From positions 1 to 12,768 of the forward strand of contig JAYZQJ010000179.1 in assembly GCA_036149055.1 (NCBI GenBank): a stretch of DNA of 12,768 nt, written 5' to 3'. The notes below the pieces were generated by a model. That model did not search any database, was not told the DNA's origin, and saw only the letters and a list, made by a program, of their open reading frames with translations. The first letter of the stretch is position 1. Every line of letters begins with the position of its first letter. Source of the stretch: Myxococcota bacterium (lineage in GTDB: Bacteria; Myxococcota_A; Polyangia; Polyangiales; Sandaracinaceae). Shown in pieces: positions 1-7,623 of this stretch. The position numbers and the translations under genes were made by a program.

Positions 1-2
1 CC

Positions 3-704
3 TCGGTGGGCCCTCGATCCGCAGCCGCCACGTGGACCTCACGGCCGACGTCGGCGATGCTCCCGATCAAGACGACGGACCGGACAGAGTTTCTGGAATC
101 AGCCGGCCATCGTTTCCGGAACCTGCACGCAGGGGGCGACGTCTGGTACGGAAACACGACCATGAGCCGAGTCACAGCTGTACTGATTCGAGGCGCAACA
201 CGAGGTTCGGCACAGCTCACGCGCGCGGCGGCTGGTGCTCTCGAAGATGCGTTCGTCGAGGGAGAACCCGAGCGGCGCATAGCACCCCCGTCCCCGTTCG
301 TGCGGATTCTCGATCGCGATGCAGACCCGCCTCTGAGCACCTTCATCAGCGTGAGCCAGGAAGACCTGGGAAAGCTGTGGCCCGCGAAGGTGATAGTTCC
401 AGTTCTAGAGCCGGCCGGACTCTGGCGACCCGGACCGTCGCGCGGGCGCGTCTTCTCGGCGCTCGCCACCCCCCGGATGGAGGCTCTCGTCGGAAGACTG
501 ATCTCAGCGCTCGACGGGTATCGGCCGTACGGCTGGTTTGCGATCTGGAATACGCTCGCCACCGGTTCATCGGGAGTGCCAGCGCCGACAGGGTCTCTGG
601 GCGATCGTCGACCTCCCCATTTCCGAGGGCCTGTGCAGCCAAACGAATTGGTGTACTTCCTGGCGCGCCATCACCCAGAAGGGTCTGCTCTTCCCTTCCT
701 GTAG
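3..704 (+). CDS. Hypothetical protein, lower-GC orphan ORF. Frame is open from the window edge; alternative start at ATG 162.
   Basis: Frame 3 has no stop from base 3 to TAG at 702-704, and the composition is protein-like (e.g. LVGRLISALDGYRPYGWFAIWNTL). It has many A/T-ending codons (GTA, ATT, ATA, CTA, GAA), unlike neighbouring genes. No motif recognised. Confidence 0.5.
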   Translation, partial: SVGPRSAAATWTSRPTSAMLPIKTTDRTEFLESAGHRFRNLHAGGDVWYGNTTMSRVTAVLIRGATRGSAQLTRAAAGALEDAFVEGEPERRIAPPSPFVRILDRDADPPLSTFISVSQEDLGKLWPAKVIVPVLEPAGLWRPGPSRGRVFSALATPRMEALVGRLISALDGYRPYGWFAIWNTLATGSSGVPAPTGSLGDRRPPHFRGPVQPNELVYFLARHHPEGSALPFL

Positions 705-1050
705 CGGTCTCTGCGCATATCGGCCCTGGTCGAAATCACGACAGCCCATGAGACGAACCGGCTGCTGGCGCGAAGACGCGCGACCTCGTCAGCATCGGCG
801 GCGCGCCGACCCACCATCGGCGCAACGTCTCCCCGGGACGCCCAGCTCCTCGGAGACCCGGTACCAGCTGGCGTCCGACTTCGAGACGAGTCCCGACCTG
901 CGGAGCGCAGCGCCGTCCGCGCCCCGCCTCACGCCGCTCCACCGCTCGCTTCAGGTCTCGTTGCCCTGTCATCCCACGCCTCCTCGGGTCGCGGATCTCA
1001 GCACTGGGAGATCCCGCAGTCAGGACGGGGGGAGGGCGAGCACCTACGGC

Positions 1051-1366
1051 CGACGGTCGGCGGGCCGCCATCCCGCCGCCCTCGGTCCAGCTTCGCGTTG
1101 CGCCAACCGACAGCCGCCGAGCGGCCGGCAACCGCGCGACCGGCGGCGAGTCCCCACCTCGCCGCCCCGGTCCATCTTTGCGTCTTCGCATCTTTGCGAG
1201 AGACAAAAAGACAGCCACCAAGCCGCCGGCAGCCGCGCAACCGGCGGCGAGTCGCCAGCCTGCCGCCCCTCTGCGGCTCTGCGCCTCTGCGAGAGATTAA
1301 TAGACAGCCGCCAAGCCGCCGGACAGTCGCGCGACCGGCGGCGAGCTGCCATCCCGTCGCCCCCTC
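1051..1366. repeat. Degenerate tandem array: three ~60-bp GACAGCC...GGCGGCGAG-N7-(CTC)GCCGCC units plus one partial upstream unit, separated by octamer-triplet spacers (REP/BIME-like)
   Basis: Units start at 1109, 1210 and 1303 (GACAGCCRCCRAGCSGCCGG-CA..CGCGCRACCGGCGGCGAG), with a partial copy at 1051-1089. Unit 1 has a perfect 9-bp inverted repeat (GGCGGCGAG 1142-1150 / CTCGCCGCC 1158-1166). Spacers: TCTTTGCG TCTTCGCA TCTTTGCG AGAGA (1175-1203) and CCTCTGCG GCTCTGCG CCTCTGCG AGAGA (1268-1296). Confidence 0.85.
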
Positions 1367-1377
1367 CAGGTACGGCT

Positions 1378-2688
1378 TCAGAGGATGTTGGCGGCGAGCT
1401 CGGCGAGCTCGGAGCGCTCGCCTTTGCGGAGCGTGATGTGGCCGGCGATCGTCTGGCCGCGGAGGCGGTTGACGGTGTGAACCAGGCCGTTGCTCGTCGC
1501 GTCCATGTACGGGTTGTCGATCTGGTAGGGGTCGCCGGTCAGCACGATCTTCGTGCCCTCGCCCGCGCGCGACACGATGGTCTTCACCTCGTGCGTCGTC
1601 AGGTTCTGGGCCTCGTCGACGATGAGGAACTGGTCGGGGATCGAGCGGCCGCGGATGTAGGTCAGCGGCTCCACCTCGAGCATGCCGAGGTGCAACATCT
1701 CCTCGTAGCTCCGGCCGTTGCGGCGGTCCTCGCTGGTCAGGCCCATCAGCAGCTCGAGGTTGTCGAAGATCGGCTGCATCCAGGGCTGCAGCTTCTCCTC
1801 GATGTCGCCGGGCAGATAGCCGATGTCGCGGCCGAGCGGGAAGATCGGGCGGGAGACCAGCACCCGCTGGTAGACCTTCTCCTCGTGGGCCTTGTGCAGC
1901 GCCGCGGCGAGCGCGAGCAGGGTCTTGCCGGTGCCCGCCTTGCCGACGATGGTGACCAGCTTGATGCGGTCGTCGAGCAGCAGGTTGAGCGCGTAGCTCT
2001 GCTCGCGGTTGCGAGCGCCGATGCCCCAGACGCGGTCGCGCTTGGTCGGCAGCTTGGTGACCCGCTGGCCGTTCGGCTCCACCCGGCCCATCGCGCCGTG
2101 GCTCGGGTTGGCCCGGTCGACCAGCTGCACGAAGGCGTTCGGCTTGGCCTCCTCCGGCGGGGCCATCTCGCCCTCGCGGTAGAAGGCGTCGACCTGATCG
2201 CCGTCGACCTCCACCTCGAAGACGCCGGTGTAGAGCTCGTCGAGCCGGGTGCGGTCGTGCTCGTAGTCCGCCGCCACCAGCCCGAGCGCGTCGGCGCGGA
2301 TGCGCAGGTTCACGTCCTTGCTGACGAGGATGGTCGGGGTGTCGTCCCCCTGATCCTTCACGTCGAGCGCGACGGCGATGATGCGGGAGTCGACCTCGTG
2401 GCCCACGCTCGTCATCGCGGTCGGCAGCCGCCGCTCGCTGAACGCGACCCGCAGGTGGCCGCCCTCGGGCAGGTCCACGCCCTCGGCCAGGTTCCCCTGG
2501 GCGCGCAGCTCGTCGAGCATCCGGCTGACGCCGCGGGCCGAGCGGCCGAGCTCGTTCATGTCGCGTTTGAACTTGTCGATCTCCTCGATCACGTAGATCG
2601 GCAGGACGACGGTGTTGTCTTCGAACGCGTAGAGGGCGCCGGGATCGTGGAGGAGGACGTTCGTGTCGAGGACGAAATTCTTTTGCAC
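1378..2688 (-). CDS. phoH2: PIN domain-PhoH family ATPase (PhoH2/YlaK type), ~436 aa
   Basis: GTG start at 2688 with GGGGAG upstream. PIN acidic motifs: VLDTNVLLHD, VIEEIDKFK, EVDSRI, SKDVNLR. PhoH motifs: Walker A GKAGTGKT, GYLPG, YIRGRS, Walker B LIVDEAQN, GDPYQID. The extra 93 aa at the N-terminus of the ORF-track call look like read-through of intergenic DNA. Confidence 0.95.
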   Translation of the reverse strand: MQKNFVLDTNVLLHDPGALYAFEDNTVVLPIYVIEEIDKFKRDMNELGRSARGVSRMLDELRAQGNLAEGVDLPEGGHLRVAFSERRLPTAMTSVGHEVDSRIIAVALDVKDQGDDTPTILVSKDVNLRIRADALGLVAADYEHDRTRLDELYTGVFEVEVDGDQVDAFYREGEMAPPEEAKPNAFVQLVDRANPSHGAMGRVEPNGQRVTKLPTKRDRVWGIGARNREQSYALNLLLDDRIKLVTIVGKAGTGKTLLALAAALHKAHEEKVYQRVLVSRPIFPLGRDIGYLPGDIEEKLQPWMQPIFDNLELLMGLTSEDRRNGRSYEEMLHLGMLEVEPLTYIRGRSIPDQFLIVDEAQNLTTHEVKTIVSRAGEGTKIVLTGDPYQIDNPYMDATSNGLVHTVNRLRGQTIAGHITLRKGERSELAELAANIL

Positions 2689-2942
2689 GCTGCTCCCCGG
2701 GCACCTCGACCCGACCGGGAATGAGTCGGGAACGGTGCCGTGAGTATCAGGGGTGACTCGGCGTGCCGCCGGACGCCCCCCAGTGGGTAGCCGTGGCGTG
2801 CAACGCGCTCGAATGCAAGCAAAGGCGTGCGCGAGCGCGGGGCCCCGCGCCCCGGAGGTAGACGCGCGCCCCGGCCAAGCCAGCGGGATGGTTGCGAAAG
2901 CGGGCGCGCTGGGCGCGCCTTCGACCGGGCCCTCATCCGGGT

Positions 2943-2948
2943 TAGGGT
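2943..2948 (+). promoter_or_regulatory. Putative -10 box (TAGGGT) 6 nt upstream of GTG 2955; possible leaderless start
   Basis: Sequence reads TAGGGT-GAGATC-GTG, fitting TAnnnT-N6-start. An overlapping weak Shine-Dalgarno reading (AGGGTGA) cannot be excluded. Confidence 0.4.
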
Positions 2949-2954
2949 GAGATC

Positions 2955-5285
2955 GTGAGGTGGGCACACGCGCTGTCGTTTCTGGCGCTCGCGGCCTGCG
3001 GCTCGACCGAAGAGCCGGCCCCCGCCGCGCCGGCGCCGGCCCCCGAGGAGGCGGCCCCCGAAGAGACGGCCCAGGCCGAGTCCCCGCCCGACGAGCCCGC
3101 GCCGCCGCCGCCGCGCGCCGCCATCCGGATCCCGGTGGCCCTCGAGCGGGAGCTCGACGCGGCGGTGCACGCGACCCTCGAGGCGGGCGGCGCGCCCGGC
3201 GCGGTGGTGGTCCTCGGGCGGCGCGACGGGGTGCTCTTCGAGCGCGCCTACGGCCGCCGCGCGGTCGACCCGGAGCCGCGGCCGATGACCCGCGACACGA
3301 TCTTCGACCTCGCGTCGCTCACCAAGGCGGTGGCCACCGCGACCAGCGTGTGGACGCTGATCGAGGCGGGGCGGCTGGCCCTCGACGACCCGGCGGCGGC
3401 CCACGTGCCCGGCCTCGACCGGCGGATCACGGTGCGGCACCTGCTGCAGCACACCTCGGGGCTGCCGGCGGTGAACCCGCTGCGCGACTACGAGGGCACC
3501 CGCGAGGAGGCGATCGCGGCCATCGCCGCGCTCCCGCTCGAGCACCCGCCCGGCGCGCGGGTGCGCTACAGCGACCTCGGCTACGTGCTGCTCGGGGAGG
3601 TGGTGCGGGGCGCGAGCGGGCGGCCCCTCGACGCCTACGCGGCCGAGGCCGTGTTCGGGCCCCTCGGCATGACCGAGACCCGCTTCCGGCCGCCGGAGGC
3701 GTGGCGCCCGCGCGTCGCCCCGACCGAGCGCGCCGAGCGGCGCGGCGGCGCGCTGATCCACGGGGTGGTGCACGACCCGCGGGCCTGGCGGCTCGGCGGC
3801 GTCGCCGGCAACGCGGGGCTCTTCTCCACCGCCGCGGATCTGAGCCGGTTCGCCCGGGCGATGCTGGGGGCCGATCCCGTGCTGCACGCGGACACGGTGG
3901 CCGCGATGACCGCGCCGGTCCGGCTGCCGGGCGGCGCGCGCACCCTCGGCTGGGACGTCGGACGGCGCGGGCTCTCGGCGCGGGCCTACGGGCACGGCGG
4001 CTACACCGGCACCTCGCTGTGGATCGATCCCGAGCGCGACGTCTTCGTGCTCCTGCTCTCGAACCGGGTGCACCCGGACGGGGAGGGCGACGTGCAGCCC
4101 CTCGTCCGGGCGCTCGGGCCGCTCGCCGCCCGGGCCGCCGAAGAGGCGCTGCCCGCGCCGGGGCCGATCGAGGCGGGCATCGACGTGCTCGAGGCCGAGG
4201 GCTTCGCGCGCCTCGAGGGCGCGACGATCGCGCTCCTCACCCACGACGCGGCCCGGGCCCGGGACGGCCGCCGCACGCTGGACGTCTTGCACGCCTCGCC
4301 GGTCGAGGTGGCCCGGGTCTGGGCGCCCGAGCACGGCCTCGACGTGGACCGCGAGGGGCACGTGGCCGACGGAGTCGACCGGCGCACCGGGCTGACCGTG
4401 CACGGGCTCTTCGGCCGGACGCGCGCGCCGACCGACGCGATGCTCGAGGGCGTCGACGCGGTGGTGATCGACCTCCAGGACGTCGGCGTGCGCTTCTACA
4501 CCTACGCCTCGACGGTGCGGCGGGTGCTCGAGGCGGCGAAGGCGCGCGGCCTGCGGGTGGTGATCCTCGACCGGCCGGATCCGCTCGGGGGCGGCCCGCC
4601 GCGGGGCCCGGTCTCCGAGGAGGCGCTCGCCTCGTTCGTGAACCACCACCCGCTGCCGACCGTGCACGGGCTGACCCTCGGCGAGCTCGCGACGCTGCTG
4701 AACGTGGAGCGGGAGATCGACGCCGACCTCGAGGTGGTGGAGCTGCGCGGCTGGTCGCGGGCGCCGTGGGCGGAGACCGGCCTGCGCTGGGTCCCGCCGT
4801 CGCCCAACCTGCGCAGCCCCGCGCAGGTGCAGCTCTATCCCGCGCTCGCCCTGCTCGAGCCGACCAACGTCAGCGTCGGCCGCGGCACCGACGCGCCCTT
4901 CGAGCGGCTCGGGGCGCCGTGGATCGACGCCCGCCTCGCCGAGTTCGAGATCCCGGGCGTCGCGCTGGAGGCCGACTCCTTCGTGCCGCGCTCCAGCCGT
5001 CATCGCGGCGTGCGATGCCGCGGCGTCCGCGTCCGGGTGGTCGAGCCGGCGCGCTACGACCCGGTCCGCACCGGCCTCGCGCTCGCGCGGGCGCTGCACC
5101 GCCTCTACCCGGAGCGCTTCGAGACCGCGCGCCTCGAGCGGCTGATCGGGCACCGCGGCGTGACCCGGGGGCTGCTCGAGGGGGTCACGCTCGACGCGCT
5201 CGAGGCCGGCTGGACGCCCGACCTCCAGCGCTTCGGCGAGACGCGGGCGCGCTACCTCCGCTACCGGCGCTCCAACCCGCGTTAG
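2955..5285 (+). CDS. namZ: Lipoprotein: beta-lactamase-family serine hydrolase (AmiE/YbbE-like) fused to exo-beta-N-acetylmuramidase NamZ/DUF1343 domain, 776 aa
   Basis: Lipobox LAA-C (MRWAHALSFLALAAC), then a Pro/Ala/Glu linker. Serine hydrolase motifs: FDLASLTK (SxxK), LLQHTSGL, YSDLGY, GNAGLFST, HGGYTGT. NamZ motifs from about 4165: PEHG, DLQDVGVRFYTY, DRPDP, HGLTLGELA, WVPPSPNL, SVGRGTDAPFERLGAPWI. Confidence 0.92.
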   Translation: MRWAHALSFLALAACGSTEEPAPAAPAPAPEEAAPEETAQAESPPDEPAPPPPRAAIRIPVALERELDAAVHATLEAGGAPGAVVVLGRRDGVLFERAYGRRAVDPEPRPMTRDTIFDLASLTKAVATATSVWTLIEAGRLALDDPAAAHVPGLDRRITVRHLLQHTSGLPAVNPLRDYEGTREEAIAAIAALPLEHPPGARVRYSDLGYVLLGEVVRGASGRPLDAYAAEAVFGPLGMTETRFRPPEAWRPRVAPTERAERRGGALIHGVVHDPRAWRLGGVAGNAGLFSTAADLSRFARAMLGADPVLHADTVAAMTAPVRLPGGARTLGWDVGRRGLSARAYGHGGYTGTSLWIDPERDVFVLLLSNRVHPDGEGDVQPLVRALGPLAARAAEEALPAPGPIEAGIDVLEAEGFARLEGATIALLTHDAARARDGRRTLDVLHASPVEVARVWAPEHGLDVDREGHVADGVDRRTGLTVHGLFGRTRAPTDAMLEGVDAVVIDLQDVGVRFYTYASTVRRVLEAAKARGLRVVILDRPDPLGGGPPRGPVSEEALASFVNHHPLPTVHGLTLGELATLLNVEREIDADLEVVELRGWSRAPWAETGLRWVPPSPNLRSPAQVQLYPALALLEPTNVSVGRGTDAPFERLGAPWIDARLAEFEIPGVALEADSFVPRSSRHRGVRCRGVRVRVVEPARYDPVRTGLALARALHRLYPERFETARLERLIGHRGVTRGLLEGVTLDALEAGWTPDLQRFGETRARYLRYRRSNPR

Positions 5286-6460
5286 GGCCGGTGAACCTGG
5301 AGCAGGCTCTGCTCGCCCGGCACCCCGATGCGGAGCGGGAAGCCGTAGACCCCGGTGCCGCGGTGCACGTAGAGGCGATCCTCGCCGCGGGCCCAGAGGC
5401 CGTGATCCGGGATCGAGGTGAAGCCGCTGACGAAGGTCCAGGGGAGCCCGAGGCTCACCAGCCCGAGCTGGCCGCCGTGGGTGTGGCCGGCGAGCACGAG
5501 GTCGCCGTCGCCCTCGGGCACGTGCTTGAACGCCCCCGGGTCGTGGAGCAGCACGACCCGCAGGTGATCGGGGCGGCGCGGGAAGCGCTCCGAGAGCGCG
5601 CGCAGGTGCTCGGCCCGGCGGCGGAAGTGGAAGTCGGCGCCGACGATCTGCACCGGCCCGACCGGGGTCTCCGCCACCGCCTCCTCGTCGACGAGCAGGG
5701 TGATGCCGTGGGCGGCGAGCGCGCGCCGGACGATGTGCGGCGCCTCGTGGTCGTGGTTGCCGAAGCAGGCGAAGACCTTGCCGGGCGCGGCGGCGAGAGG
5801 CGCGAGGCCGTCCTCGAGGATCCGGGGATCCGCCTGCGACTCCATGGTCATGAAGTCGCCGGTCAGCAGGATGAGATCCGGGTCCCGCTCGACCGCCCGC
5901 CGGCAGATGCGCTGGAGGCGCTCCACGCTCATCAGCGGGCCGAGGTGCGGGTCGGTGATCTGCACGATGCGGAGCGGTCGGTCGCCGCCGGCGCCGCCCT
6001 TCGGGTAGCGCCGCAGGCCGTCGACCCGCACGCCGTCGAGGGTGACGTCCACCACCTCCTCGCGGGTGTGGAGGGACTGCAGCACGCCGAAGGCGGCGAT
6101 GACGAAGGGGATCAGCTCGGTCCCGTAGGTGTCGAGGCCCATCGCCACCGGCGAGGCCCAGAAGATCGACAGCAGCGTGCCGGCGGCGAAGAAGAGGCCG
6201 GGCACGCTCACCAGCGCCCGCCACCAGAGGGGCCGCATGCGCGCCCGGGCGAGGCTCATGAAGTGCAGATGCACCGTGAGCTGGAGGTAGGCGTAGAGCG
6301 GCCAGAGGGCCTCGAACGCGGGGAACATCGCGACCGCGATGGCTCCCTGCACGGCCATCAGGATGCCGGCGAAGGTGGCGAAGAGGCGCCCCCGCAGCGC
6401 CCAGGCCGCCGCGACGACGGTGAGCGCCCCCCCGAGGGTGAAGAGGCCGAACGCGAGCAT
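5282..6460 (-). CDS. Membrane-anchored calcineurin-like metallophosphoesterase (YkuE/YaeI-like), 392 aa
   Basis: About five N-terminal hydrophobic segments, followed by all five metal-binding motifs: TDPHLG (DxH), LTGDF (GD), GNHD, LLHDP and GHTHGGQ. C-terminal LYVHRGTG..FPLRIG is typical of the subfamily. Confidence 0.92.
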   Translation of the reverse strand: MLAFGLFTLGGALTVVAAAWALRGRLFATFAGILMAVQGAIAVAMFPAFEALWPLYAYLQLTVHLHFMSLARARMRPLWWRALVSVPGLFFAAGTLLSIFWASPVAMGLDTYGTELIPFVIAAFGVLQSLHTREEVVDVTLDGVRVDGLRRYPKGGAGGDRPLRIVQITDPHLGPLMSVERLQRICRRAVERDPDLILLTGDFMTMESQADPRILEDGLAPLAAAPGKVFACFGNHDHEAPHIVRRALAAHGITLLVDEEAVAETPVGPVQIVGADFHFRRRAEHLRALSERFPRRPDHLRVVLLHDPGAFKHVPEGDGDLVLAGHTHGGQLGLVSLGLPWTFVSGFTSIPDHGLWARGEDRLYVHRGTGVYGFPLRIGVPGEQSLLQVHRP

Positions 6461-6500
6461 GCGGCCATGGTTCTGAGGCTGGGGCCGCCCCGCCGCAAGG

Positions 6501-7619
6501 TCACAGATCGACGACGGGCAGGTTCACGCGCTTCTTGTCGGGCTGCTCCCGCGGCACGTTCTCGAGCTTGAGCACGCCGCGCGGGCACATGTGAGCGCAC
6601 ATGCCGCAGCCGACGCAGGACGCGCGGGTGAAGCTCTGGTTGGCCTGCGCGTAGCTGCGGACGTCGATGCCCATCTCGCAGTAGGTGCTGCAGTTGCCGC
6701 AGCTGATGCACATGTCCGGCTTCACCGCGATGCGGAAGCGGCCGAGCTTCTGCTGGAGGCCGAGCAGCGCGGCCATCGGGCAGAAGTTGCGGCACCAGAC
6801 CCGCGCGCCGAAGAGCGGGTAGAAGCCGACCCCGACCACGCCGGCGAGGATCATGCCGACGACCAGGCCGTAGAGCTTCTTCATCGACCACCAGTGCTCG
6901 CCGGAGATGGCCTGGTGCAGCGTGCCGCCGAGGTTGGCCGCCGAGTCGAGCACGAGCAGGAAGGTGGAGCCCACCGCGAGGAAGAGGATCGGGTAGATGG
7001 CCGCCTTCTCGAACTTCCAGCTCCGGGTCGAGGTGCTGGTCAGGTGGCGCCACGGATCGCCGGCGGTGTTCGCGAGGCCGCCGCAGCCGCAGACCCAGCT
7101 GCAGTACCAGCGCTTGCCGAAGAAGTAGGCGGCGAGCGGGGCGACCACGAAGGCGAGCACGATGCTGGTGATCGCGAACATCAGCGGCACCGCGGCGAGC
7201 AGGTCCGGGTGCAGCTTGTAGTGATCGAGGGGCCAGATACTGGCGGCGAAGTACTCGTACTTCCAGCTGTCCCCGCCGCTGACGCCGAAGAAGAGCGGCA
7301 TCACGAAGGGCAGGGTGAAGGCCAGGGTGCTCTGCACCGCGACGTTGGTGACGATGCGGTACTTGTTGTAGCGGCTGTTGCCGTGGCGGCGCAGGTAGTA
7401 GGCGGCGCCGATGCCCATGAACACCGTGTAGAGCGCGGCGTAGAGGAACCACTTGTTGCGCAGGCCGACGGCCTCGGCGACCGGCTGCAGGTGCTCGGTG
7501 AAGTAGAGGTCGCAGTAGAAGGCGATCAAGAGCACCGCGATGACGATCGCGAGCCAGTTCTTGCTGCGCCAGCCGCGCCGGAAGGTCGTGTCGAGCCCGT
7601 TCTGTCCCTGCAGATCCAT
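6501..7619 (-). CDS. Integral-membrane polyferredoxin (NapH/MauN/RdxA-like 4Fe-4S binding protein), 372 aa
   Basis: Multiple TM segments. CxxxCP-type motifs: RWYCSWVCGCG and VWCRNFCPMA. C-terminal dicluster ferredoxin: CISCGNCSTYCEMG and CVGCGMCAHMCP. GGGGA RBS; starts 4 nt after the upstream stop. Confidence 0.92.
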   Translation of the reverse strand: MDLQGQNGLDTTFRRGWRSKNWLAIVIAVLLIAFYCDLYFTEHLQPVAEAVGLRNKWFLYAALYTVFMGIGAAYYLRRHGNSRYNKYRIVTNVAVQSTLAFTLPFVMPLFFGVSGGDSWKYEYFAASIWPLDHYKLHPDLLAAVPLMFAITSIVLAFVVAPLAAYFFGKRWYCSWVCGCGGLANTAGDPWRHLTSTSTRSWKFEKAAIYPILFLAVGSTFLLVLDSAANLGGTLHQAISGEHWWSMKKLYGLVVGMILAGVVGVGFYPLFGARVWCRNFCPMAALLGLQQKLGRFRIAVKPDMCISCGNCSTYCEMGIDVRSYAQANQSFTRASCVGCGMCAHMCPRGVLKLENVPREQPDKKRVNLPVVDL

Positions 7620-7623
7620 CGCG

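Noticed and set aside
1109..1363. CRISPR array (repeat-spacer appearance, spacers of 41 and 33 nt)
   Set aside because: The repeats are ~60 nt and degenerate, the spacers resemble each other (octamer triplets), and no cas genes are in the window.
538..2724. 728-aa plus-strand ORF, 568-aa minus-strand ORF (998..2704) and small ORFs across 736-1436
   Set aside because: These are antisense or alternate-frame shadows of phoH2 and translations of the repeat array. They are Arg/Pro/Ala-rich with no motifs, as expected in high-GC DNA.
2794..2809. Sigma-54-like TGGCGTGCAACGCGCT (GG-N10-GC) on the plus strand
   Set aside because: The -12 element lacks TTGC, and such matches are frequent by chance at this GC content.
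2689..2967. N-terminal extension of the PhoH ORF, or a PhoAT-like antitoxin ORF
   Set aside because: The PIN domain begins right at GTG 2688, which has an RBS. The extension overlaps the divergent gene's start, and no convincing small ORF is present.
3150..4120. Antibiotic-resistance beta-lactamase
   Set aside because: It has YSD and HGG rather than the class C YxN/KTG motifs, and fusion to NamZ points to cell-wall turnover.
2589..6571. 1211-aa minus-strand and 1203-aa plus-strand ORFs
   Set aside because: They are shadow frames overlapping the motif-supported namZ fusion and metallophosphoesterase.
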